Assembly: GCA_013239625.1 (NCBI GenBank)
Contig: MU057202.1
Coordinates: 3,547,101-3,611,100, forward strand
Origin: Lama guanicoe
Taxonomy: Eukaryota
DNA: 64,000 nt
Direction of reading: 5' to 3'
The translations under genes and the position numbers were made by a program. Numbering within the stretch: position 1 is the stretch's first letter; every line of letters starts with the position of its first letter. The notes below the pieces were generated by a model, which was not told where the DNA came from, made no database searches, and saw nothing but the letters and a program-made list of their open reading frames with translations. Shown here in pieces: positions 11,101-20,334 of the stretch.

Positions 11101-14100
11101 TGTGTCCCCGAAGACGGGGGCCTGGAGTCAGCAGAGCAGAAAGGAGGAGCAGGAATCGCAAACAGTGGCCAGATGGGCCCAACCCTTGGCCGGCCCAGTG
11201 TGAGCAGAGCAGGGGGTAGGCAGGAGGGCAGGGGGCTGGAGCGTAGGTGGGGGCAAGAGTAGGGCCTCCAGGAACGAGGTGTGGGCTGGGGGCACACCTC
11301 CGAAGGCTGGGGATCTTGGAGTGAGAGAGATTCCAGCCTCGGCTCCACCCCCCCCAGTGGGGACCCAAGGGCTCCCACATGCTCACCGGATTGGTGGCAG
11401 TGCCTGTGTGGGGCCCCCCAACCTCGACAGGGCCGCTGGGGGCTCAGCCTGGGTGGCTGCCGAGGAGGCTTGCAAAGCACAGCTCGTCTGTGGAATGTCT
11501 AAACCCCGGATGACAATGCCCATCGTGAACTGAGCTCGAGCCAGATTCTTCCACACATCGCTCCCTGCAGCCTGAGAACCTTCCCCCTTTACAGCTGCAG
11601 AAACTGACACGCATGGGTGAACTAGGTTGGCCCAGGACAACCAGGGCTAAGGGGCGGGTCAGGGCTTGACCCTGGGCACGTCTGGTCTGGTCTGGTCTGG
11701 TCTGTCCTCAAGACCCTCTGGAAGGCAGCCCCACCAGGGCCCCACCATGCAGGCGAGCAGGGCCCACAGCTGGAAGCATCACTTGAGCCAGGAAACAAGA
11801 GCCCCACAGGGCAGGCGTGGGTCTCCCAAGTGAGCTCTGTGGGACCCTGACCCGGGGAGGTGCACAGGCGATGGGCGCCCCTCGGAGGGGAGTGAAGGCC
11901 TGTGAAGTGCCGCTGTGGGCACGCTGGTCCAACGTCCGAGCCTGCTTGCACCTGCACCGTCCAGTTCTTGCACACAAGTGTTGCTCAGCACCTCATTAAA
12001 GCGCAGGTTCCGATTCAGTGGGTCTGGGCTGGGGCCTGGGAAGCTGCATTGCTCACAAGCTCTGCTGTTGCTGCCCTGGCTCACCGCCAAGTGTCGATGA
12101 CAGGCCCTGGTCCTTGCTTATCTTCCGTGAGGCTCACACGGCTGCCTTTCATCTGACACCCTCTCACCCATCCGCGTGCTCACTGCCGTAAACACCCACC
12201 ACTGCCTGTGCCTCCGTCTGTCCACTGTCCCACTCCCCTCACTCTGTCCCGGCCACACAGCCCCCTCACTGCTCCTCAAACCTGCCAGGCACACCCCTGC
12301 CTCACAGGGCCTCTGCAGACGCTGCCCTTGCTACCTGGAAGGCTCTGTTCCCTGCTATCCGCCCTCACCCTCCTCCATCCTCATCAAAAGCTCCCTCCCT
12401 GCAGCTCTGCACCCACCTCTCCAGAGTCCGTGGCAACTGTCAGCTGGCATACAGCAGGTGCTCAAAAAACAGCTGTCAAGTGGATGGGTGAACTTGGCCA
12501 GTAAGAACAGGGATGACTCTGGGAGCTCTGGGAGGACCAGGCTGGCGGCTGACTGCTCTGGTCTGGCAAGTAGTTTGCAGGAAGCGGCCCAGACAGCTCG
12601 GCACCGTTCCCCAGAAGGATGGGGAGCCTTGAGGGCCCCGGGTGGGCCGAGAGCAATGCCTGGTCCGGGCCGGCAGAGAAAAGGACTCGGGGTTCCCTGG
12701 GCCCTGCACGAGGGGAGGTAGGTCTGCCTTACCTTCAGGAAGGGGATGACGAAGGGCCTCAGAGGGAAGTTGGTGGCTTCCTGGAGCTGGGCGTGGAACT
12801 CCTCGATGGTCAGTGTGGAGTTCTGAGGGGAGACGACGCCTTGCTTCAGCCCAGGGAGGGCAGCGGGCCGAGGGCGGGGCGCGGCCTGGGCCCCCCGCCC
12901 CGCCCGGCCGCCAGCCACTCACCACGAGCCCCAGCACCAGCGTGCGCACGCGGCCCCCGATCTCCGGGGAGATGTCGCCCCCGAACTGCTGCAGGGCGGC
13001 CAGGAAGCGCTTCAGCTTGCTCAGCTGCCGGGCCCCGCAGGCCGGGGGCAGCTGCTGCGCGGGCAGCGAGGCCGTGGGCGAGGTGGCCGGGCCATTGCTG
13101 AAGCCGTTGGGCGTGCACGGGGCGCCGTGGATGGCCGTCGGTGAGTGGCCGCTGCCGTTCATCACTGTGGGGGGGAGGGCAGGCATGAGGACACGGCAGA
13201 GATCCCCCCGGGCCCCGTGCTGGATGTGCAACCGGGGCAGCCCCGGCAGGCGGGGCAGAGCGCAGCCCCGGCTCAGCACCCTGTGGTTGGCTCTGGGCGG
13301 CACGGCCAGGCCCTCCACGCCCAGGGGCCACCAGGGCCCCCATGCTGCCTGGTGGACACGCCTCCTGGCCAGCCTGCTGGGGCGTCCACTGTGAACAGGT
13401 GGAGGGGCTTCTCCACCACTGAGATTTGCCAGCCACTTTCCTCCTCCCAGGAGAAGTCCCTTGTCCCCCTGAAAAGGCAGGTGACCCCTCACCTCTGCCG
13501 CAATGGCCTCAAGCCATGCCCCACTGGCTGCACAGCTGCCACCACTCACATGAGGACCCTGATGCCAGGCTGACGGGGTGTGAGGTGGGGCAGGGGAACC
13601 GACCCCCCAGGACAACCGGGGCTGGATGCCGGCAGGGGAGGCACTGGGTGGCGGCTGTCTGGGGCTGCTGCACATGCGGACGTGTGTGCACCTGGCCCCA
13701 GGCAGCTGTGGGGGATGAGCCGGTGACCCGAGGGCCTGCGGGGAGCAGACGGCAGGGTGACCCGAGGGCCTGCGGGGAGCAGACGGCAGGGTGACCCGAG
13801 GGCCTGCGGGGAGCAGATGGCAGGGGTCCCGGACCCGTGCTGTCAGCCCAGGACTGGCAGTTGCCAGGGCTGCTGTGAAATGTTCCTGGGGCCGAACTGT
13901 AATCCTCAGCTGAGCCTGCACCCCAGAGGCTGGGGGCGCCCTCCTGTGCCTGGCCGCCTGCCCCCACTCCCTCGGCCTCAGATCCTGCAGACAGGTCAGA
14001 GGTCGTGGGCTCCCAGGGCCCTCGGTGATGGTGGAGGGAGCTTGGACATGGGAAGGGGACTGGACGCCTCTGGGAGGCACGAGCACATCCCACAAACTCA

Positions 14101-17100
14101 GCGGCCACTCCAGCCTCACCCCCTCGGTGGGTGGACAGCACAGGCCCCTGCTCCAGGCGGGCTCCATGCTCCCCACCCAGCCCGTGCACGCTGGCCTGCC
14201 CACTCCACCGCCTCCTGTACATGGCATGGCCCCACGACTGCTCCAGACCCTGCTCCCTTCTGTGCTCCCTCTGCACCTGCACAGCATGCCACACGCACGT
14301 GCACTCACTCACCCATGTACATGTGCACACCCACAGATGCACACGGCACACCCCTCATGCACGCTCACACACGCAGCCCCTCATGGCACACACGTGCACG
14401 CCCACACAAGGCACACGTGTGCGCACAGCTCTCGCTCACTCAACTGGTCCACGAGGCCCACGTCTACCCCTCCTGCTGGGTCTGGCGTAGAGAGGGTGCG
14501 GGATCTGGGAATGCAGGACAGCTCAGAGCCGCTGCTCCCTCAGGGCCGAATTTGTCTGAGGCCCCAGCACCTCCTCGGGCCTGTGTGTGGAGAAGGGGGA
14601 GCAGGAGCCCTTTTACTCGGGAGGGGGGCCGCCAGCTAGGCTCTGGGAAGTGGCTCCTGAATGCTCGTGGTTTCCTCTGCTCATGTGCGTGGTGGGCCTG
14701 CCACTCCCGCCCTCCTGCCCTGGCTCTGGGAGGCGACCTCTGCTGACCACCTTGGCCTCGCCCAGCCTGGAAGGGCGGGAGCTGCGTGCCTGCCGTTCCC
14801 CCGGGCCTCGGCTCTCCCACGGCCCGGATGCCCGGGTCCCAGTTGCCCCCTCCGCTGCCCCTGCAGGCCTAGGGGACGCAGCACTCACTGTCTTCAGCCC
14901 GAGGGCTGCAGCATCCACCCGTGGGCTCTGGAACTGGCCCACCCTTCTGGGAACCGCAGTCTGCGGCCTGGTTGGCGCTGCCTCCCCAGACATGACCTGC
15001 ACCTCCAGTTTTGATGACTGGCTTGTCCCCATTGACCCACCACCAGTGACACCTGTGAACGCCCCCCTCACTGAGCCACAGGCCATGGGGCTCGCCGTCA
15101 CTGCAGATGCCACGCGGGTCCCAAGGTTGCCTCCCACCCCTTGGTTGACCCGCGCTCAGCAGACCCTCAGCAGCAGACAGACGCAGCCCTGGGCGGGAGT
15201 TGGCATCCTGGCCCAGACCAGACGTGCCTTGGGGGTGAGATGCGGGCCCTGGCCTCAGTTTCCTCATCCGCGAGCGGGCCTTGGCCTGAACCAGAGGTAG
15301 GGCTTCATTCAGGACCCCGAGGGCCAGGTGCCTGGCCCCGGATGCTCTCTGCTTATCCAGCCGCGCAGTGGCCAGAAACACTTGACCTGATTGCCTTGAC
15401 ATGCTGGGTGATCGCTCGTCAGTAACCGGCCCCCACTTAGCAGACGTTTGGAATTGCGACTGAAGGCCAGGGTTGGCCCCAAAACAGATGACTGCCTCTG
15501 TCTCCCAAGAAGGGACGGGCTGTGGGAGGAGAGCCCAGCATCCTCCACCGGCCTTCAGCGCAGCACTCCCTCCCCTGAAGACATGGTGCAGGTTGAAATC
15601 AGTCTGCCCCCAGGGCTGGGGGATCTTAGAAGCTCTTCCAGGACCCAGAAGAGACACTTTGAGCTGGGATCTTCCTGCAGGAGAGTGTGCCTCGCCCCAG
15701 GGCCTCCCGTCGCCCTGGGGTGCAGAGTGAACCGGACGCAGGACGCAGGACACGACAGCCCTGTCCCTCACCCTCTCCGTGGCGGGACCGAGGGGTCCTG
15801 GGGCCAGAAGCCCCCGCTCTGGTGCTAGTTTTCTCTCATTGCTCAGCTCTAGCCGACTCGTCAGTGGACGCTGACACGCACGCCCTGGCCAAGACTGATG
15901 ACAGCCACTGGCGGTCACCCCAGACAGCCCGGGAGATGGCCCGCTGCCACGGGACCTCACCACAGCAGGGACTTCTGGTCACTCATGGCAGAGCTGGGCT
16001 GTCACTCGGGGTCTGAACCTTCCAGAGGCTTCTAAGGCGTGCCACTCCGCCTGGGCCCCCACCCGCTGGCCCCTGGCCCGGCCTCTCCGGGCTCCCTTAC
16101 CAGCCTGCCCTGGGCGCCTGGTCCTCCCGGCGGCCCGCCGGCCTCGCTTGCCGTGCTCCCTCCTGCGGGCTGCCGGGCAGCCTCTGCAGCTTGCTGAAGA
16201 GACGCCGAAAATAACCCCGGCCACAAGTGCTTTCATTCCCACAACAGGTGTGTTACTAAGATAGACCACACGTGTCCCGGCCGAGGTTTGGGGGCACACA
16301 CGAGCACCCCCACGGCTCCCCCAGCCCCGGGCCTGGGCAGGGGTGGGGCTGGGCCGCCGCCCTGAAAACAGCCCCTCCCACCACCCCCTGTCCCCGCCTG
16401 GGGCCCTGGGAGTCACCATCCTCTTCACCTACACAGACCACCCAGTCCTGCCAGCACCGCGGCTCCGAGGCTATGCCAGCCCCAGACGGAGGAAGAGGAC
16501 AGAATTCACACACAGCCGCTTTGCCGCCCTCCCGCTCAGATGGAGCCCGGGGGCCGCGCGGCAGCCACACCTGGGCGGACTGGTGCACTCACGGGCCGAG
16601 CAGCGCCCCTCACAGCCATCAGCTGCGGCCGAGCGCGGCCCACCCGCTGAGCTCGCAGTGAGCGCTGGAAGCACCCGGCGGGGCCCTGGTGATTGCCCTG
16701 AGCTCCGAGTGCTACGACTTCCGTTCTAGGTGGGGGACACAGAGGCACGGGGGTGGTGCCCGTGCAAGAATGTCGTGTCTGGAAAGGAAAGAGTGGGGTC
16801 TGCCCTCAAGACAGGCTGTGGATGGACTTGCCACTGACGCTTGACCATCTCATGACTCGGGCCTGCGTGACCTGCCCTGTTTTGCACTGGGGAAGAGGAA
16901 GCTCAGAGAGGCCGTCCAGCTGCCCAAGGCTGCACAGCTGTGAGCGGCAGGACTGGGGGTGAAGGCGGGTCTGTGACTGGGGGACCCTGGCTGCGCCGCT
17001 CTCCTGGGTCTGTCCCGGACACCTGCTCCCTCAGGGAGGCGGGTAGCACCAGACCGTGGTGGGCAGCGGGTGCTGGGGGAGGGCCTCCCGGGAGGCCTGT

Positions 17101-20100
17101 GGTTTTTGTTATCTTACTTACAAAGACAGACCATAGACCATTTTAAGCAGCCATGAAAACGGCCGTGGGGCAGAGACACCGCAGGTCCGTCCTCTTGATC
17201 TGTAAGCAAAATAAGAAAAACACTGTGAGGAGGGAGGCTGGGCGGGGACTCTGCCCTGAGGGGCGTCTGCAGTCGGCCCTTCCCCTGCCTCTGGACAGCG
17301 GTTTTGGGGATCGGCACTGTCAGCACCTCGTGCCAGTCCATCCCCTTCTCTGGGGCCTCGGCTTCCTACTCTGTGAAATGGGCTGAATCAGGGGATCTCT
17401 TACATTTCTGGTGGGAACTTCTCAGGGGGTCTACAAGAATTTTGGTGTCTCATGGGCATGGGTGGGACACCCTGACTCTCAAAAGCTCTCTTTCTGGAAG
17501 GTGCCTGGTAACCTCATTCGACACCATCCTCAGGGACCCGGAGCCCAGGGCGACGGGCTGAAAGTCTCCACTGACAGACGAGAAGCCCAGGACAGTGCTG
17601 CTGTGAAGGGAGGGACACCAAAACAGAAAGGGAGAGGTGATCTGTCTGAGATGGAGCAAGGGGGCAGAAACCGTAGGGAGACACTGGACCTCCCGTCCAC
17701 AGTGGGTGGTCAAGGGCAGGGTGGGGCGCTCGCCCTTGGAAGGTCCTCCCAGTTGCAAAGCAGCTCCTTACACCCCTTTGCAGAGTTCTCTGAGGCCCCC
17801 ACCCCTCCCTGGCCACAGCACAGCTTCAACTCCAAAATGAATTTGTGCCCAAGGCTGTCCCCAGGCCAGAAAAACCACAGCCCTCAGGCCGCGGTTCAAG
17901 GTCAGTCTCTGGCAGCAGGGCTAGCAGGCAGGCCGGGAAGCGGGACTCCGCAGGCGAGCACAGAGGCCCCGCCTGCTTGCATTGCCGCCAGCTAGGTGCT
18001 CGGATGGACGTGGTTAACCACCCTGCTTTCAGGGAATTCCGTAGGTTAGGGAGCAAATCCGAGGCCACCGTGGAGGCAGCCTTACCCACAGACAAAAGCC
18101 CCAGCAGTCAGGGGCAACTGAGGCATCCGCTTAGAAAAGACCCGCTTCTAACCTCCATGCTCTGAATGGAGGCTGGGCCGACCCCACAAGTGTGAGCCTG
18201 TGGTGGGGGGAGTTGCGTGTGGGGACGGGAAGAGGGGAACCGAGCAACACACAGGCCTGCTGCCCACATCTGCTCACTGTCCTCATGAAAGCATGCCGGG
18301 CGGCGTTAGCCGCCCGTGACCTGGAACATCTGGTTCCCAGACCAGTGCTTTCGGGATCACGGGCTCCTGGAACACGGAGGTGCCTGTCAGGGTTGGGGAC
18401 CCGGCTCAGAGCCCTCGGCCAGCCGCTCAGATGGCTTGCTGGACTCTCCTGCTTGGAACCGGACCGCAGTGCAGGGGTCGTCATCCTGAGGGGGGGCACC
18501 CGTGGCCTTGCTTCTTGGGAGCTGCTACTGCCCCATCACGGAACACCCCTCTTCTCGCCTGGGCTGAGCAGACGCTGGTGAAGGTAAACCAGGCCCAGCC
18601 TCCCCTCTACTTGCGAGGGGAGACTTAGCCCGTGGATCAGCCTGAGATGAGGACTGACTTCTCAGAAAGGGGAGTAGTGACCGGCTGGCTGCAGGTGCCA
18701 GGCGGAAGCGGTGTGAGACAGAGCCCAGCCCCTTGGCCCCTTCCCTGCAGCCAGTGCAGGCTGACCCGGGACGCGTGGAGGACAGGGCCGGGCCCAGTCC
18801 GGTCTCAGTCACACATGGGGGCGCTGGCTCAGCCCCTCCCCAGGGGGAGAGGAGCTGGAAACTTCTGCTCCAGGCAACACTCAGGGAAGGGTGTTGGGCT
18901 ATTAGGCTCTGACTGTGTGCAGGGACCCCCTGCCTTCCGGTGGCCACACCTGGGAGCAAGTGGTGTCACCCCATTTACCAGACCATGGAGTGGTCAGAGC
19001 CTGGCTCAGAGCCAACAGCGTACGCCCAGGGGCCCAGCCTGGCCTTGAACAATGGGCCGCCTGACCCCTTTCTCCAGACAGAGCTGCCACCTGGCCTCTC
19101 ACAGCAGGACCAGTGCCCTGCACACTCAGGAGTTAAGGGGGCCAGGCCAGGCCCTGCAGTCCACCTTGGGCTCTGGGCAGAGCTGGTGGACCCCGGGTGG
19201 GCAGGGTGGAGCCCAAGGGACCTGGGGGGGGCCAGGAGCCACCAGGCCGAGAATTTGGGGCTCCTCCCCCAGAGAGGGGCTTCATTTGAGTTTCAAAGCC
19301 TGGGGAAGGGTCCCCAGCGTGGGGCTTTCTGGCCTCTGAACCAGGGGGTGTGGGAGGCATGTGAGATGCCTGCTAAGCCCCTGGGCTTGGGGGCAGGGAA
19401 CACCATCCCCCACACCAGCCCAAGCTGGGGGTCTCCTTCCCAACTGCTCAGGACCCAAAGTCACTGAGACACCAACTTCTCTGACTCAAAGGAACAGAGC
19501 TCCAGAGGTGGCTGTGGACTCCGGAAGCCCGCCCAGACGCACTGTGTGCACCGCGATGCTCCACCCAGGGCCCAGGCTCAGTGAGACACCACCTGAGGCT
19601 CTGGCTGCTCACCAGGTCACCAGCAGCCGCGGCTCCGCTGATCCCGTTCCTAGCCAACCCTCACACCACTGAGGCCTGGCCGTGGAGCTCCTCCAAGGCC
19701 AGAGCTGCCTCTGACTGGCCCTCCAGGGAACTCAGGCCCAACAGAATTCACCTGTCTGCTGCATGGCTGTGGGGAAGTCCTGTCCCTCTCTGAGCTCCAG
19801 TCTGACTGTTAACCTTGACGGAATGCTTACCGTGTGCCCACCGCACTAACTCATCGTCCTCACAGAAGCTCCGTGAGGCAGGGGCCACGACCAGCCCGAC
19901 TTTACAGACGAGGAACTCCAGGCCCAGAGAAGTTAAGAAATTTGCCCAGAACCACACAGCTACCAAGCAGCCAAGCTGGGGATTGAAGCTCAAAGCGTGG
20001 GCCCTGACCCATGATGAGAGCCTCCTTCTCAGAGGCCAGCGGGGGCACTTACGGGTTCAGGGTGGAGGGGCCGCGGTGCTGGCTGGCTCCGTTCACCATC

Positions 20101-20308
20101 ACAACGAGGTTCGGACCTCGAACCGCCCCAGGGACCCCAGAAGTGCCCCTCCCCCTGCCCCTCTCGCCCAGCCCTGGGGCTACTCACTTGTGTGGGGTGT
20201 GAGGGAGGGGTGTCGCGTGGCCCCCTGGGATGTGGCGGGCGACGGGGGCGGCATGCTGGGGGGCGTGGCCCGGGCCTGCGGCTTCACCTCGGCTGGGGAG
20301 TCAGGCAT
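1831..20308 (-). CDS. CBFA2T3: CBFA2T3 (MTG16/ETO2) spliced CDS span, MTG16b-type: complement(join(1831..2127,3504..3694,3968..4036,4486..4678,5280..5365,7957..8180,8839..9020,12733..12822,12923..13164,[17122..17199 optional],20188..20308))
   Basis: Manual splicing gives 1695 nt (564 aa plus stop) without the cassette exon. All introns are GT-AG and phases are consistent. The translation contains MTG NHR1-NHR4 motifs. The MPDSPAEVK start, the [15 protein letters not shown] cassette exon and the [16 protein letters not shown]-terminus identify CBFA2T3 rather than RUNX1T1 or CBFA2T2. Confidence 0.97.
3504..3694 (-). CDS. CBFA2T3: CBFA2T3 exon 11 equivalent (NHR3)
   Basis: ttgcag acceptor, gtaggg donor, 191 nt. 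(E)[63 protein letters not shown]. Confidence 0.96.
3968..4036 (-). CDS. CBFA2T3: CBFA2T3 exon 10 equivalent
   Basis: tttcag acceptor, gtgagt donor, 69 nt. (D)[22 protein letters not shown]. Confidence 0.95.
4486..4678 (-). CDS. CBFA2T3: CBFA2T3 exon 9 equivalent (NHR2 C-terminal part)
   Basis: ccgcag acceptor, gtgtgc donor, 193 nt. [64 protein letters not shown]. Confidence 0.94.
5280..5365 (-). CDS. CBFA2T3: CBFA2T3 exon 8 equivalent (NHR2 N-terminal part)
   Basis: ctgcag acceptor, gtgagt donor, 86 nt. (A)[28 protein letters not shown]. Confidence 0.96.
7957..8180 (-). CDS. CBFA2T3: CBFA2T3 exon 7 equivalent
   Basis: gactag acceptor, gtgaga donor, 224 nt. (R)[74 protein letters not shown]. 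Confidence 0.95.
8839..9020 (-). CDS. CBFA2T3: CBFA2T3 exon 6 equivalent (NHR1 C-terminal part)
   Basis: ccacag acceptor, gtacct donor, 182 nt. [60 protein letters not shown]. Confidence 0.97.
11681..11704. repeat. (TCTGG)n pentamer microsatellite
   Basis: tctggtctggtctggtctggtctg. Confidence 0.85.
11965..12080. mobile_element. MER5-like (hAT-Charlie) DNA transposon fragment
   Basis: gattcagtgggtctgggctggggcctgggaagctgcattgctcacaagc resembles the MER5 core as recalled; not aligned. Confidence 0.55.
12215..12492 (+). mobile_element. L2 LINE 3'-end remnant
   Basis: CT-rich body (cctgcctcacagggcctctgca...cctggaaggctct) ending ctggcatacagcaggtgctcaaaaaacagctgtcaagtggatgggtgaa, typical of L2 3' termini. 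Confidence 0.65.
12733..12822 (-). CDS. CBFA2T3: CBFA2T3 exon 5 equivalent (NHR1/TAFH core)
   Basis: cctcag acceptor, gtaagg donor, 90 nt. [30 protein letters not shown]. Confidence 0.97.
12923..13164 (-). CDS. CBFA2T3: CBFA2T3 exon 4 equivalent (NHR1 N-terminal part)
   Basis: ccacag acceptor, gtgagt donor, 242 nt, followed by a 100-nt intron. [80 protein letters not shown]. Confidence 0.96.
13722..13825. repeat. Minisatellite, 34-bp unit x3
   Basis: ggtgacccgagggcctgcggggagcagacggcag at 13722, 13756 and 13790; one mismatch in copy 3. Confidence 0.95.
17122..17199 (-). CDS. CBFA2T3: CBFA2T3 exon 3 equivalent, frame-preserving cassette exon
   Basis: ttacag acceptor, gtaagt donor, 78 nt. (N)[25 protein letters not shown], matching the MTG16a-specific insert as I recall it. 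Confidence 0.9.
19812..20000 (-). mobile_element. MIR SINE
   Basis: MIR core ctttacagacgaggaactccaggcccagagaagttaagaaatttgcccagaaccacacagcta...gggattgaa. Shorter MIR pieces appear near 6290, 22710, 27180, 29260 and 37910. Confidence 0.8.
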
Positions 20309-20334
20309 CCCTGCGGCCTTCTCCTTCCTGTCCG
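20188..20334 (-). CDS. CBFA2T3: CBFA2T3 exon 2 equivalent, containing the MTG16b-type start ATG at 20308-20306
   Basis: cccacag acceptor (20337-20335), gtgagt donor, 147 nt. [48 protein letters not shown]. Confidence 0.92.

Noticed and set aside
12476-14308. 610-aa minus-strand ORF
   Set aside because: Only 12923-13164 is real coding sequence in this frame (exon 4). The rest is intronic or out-of-frame read-through in stop-poor GC-rich DNA.
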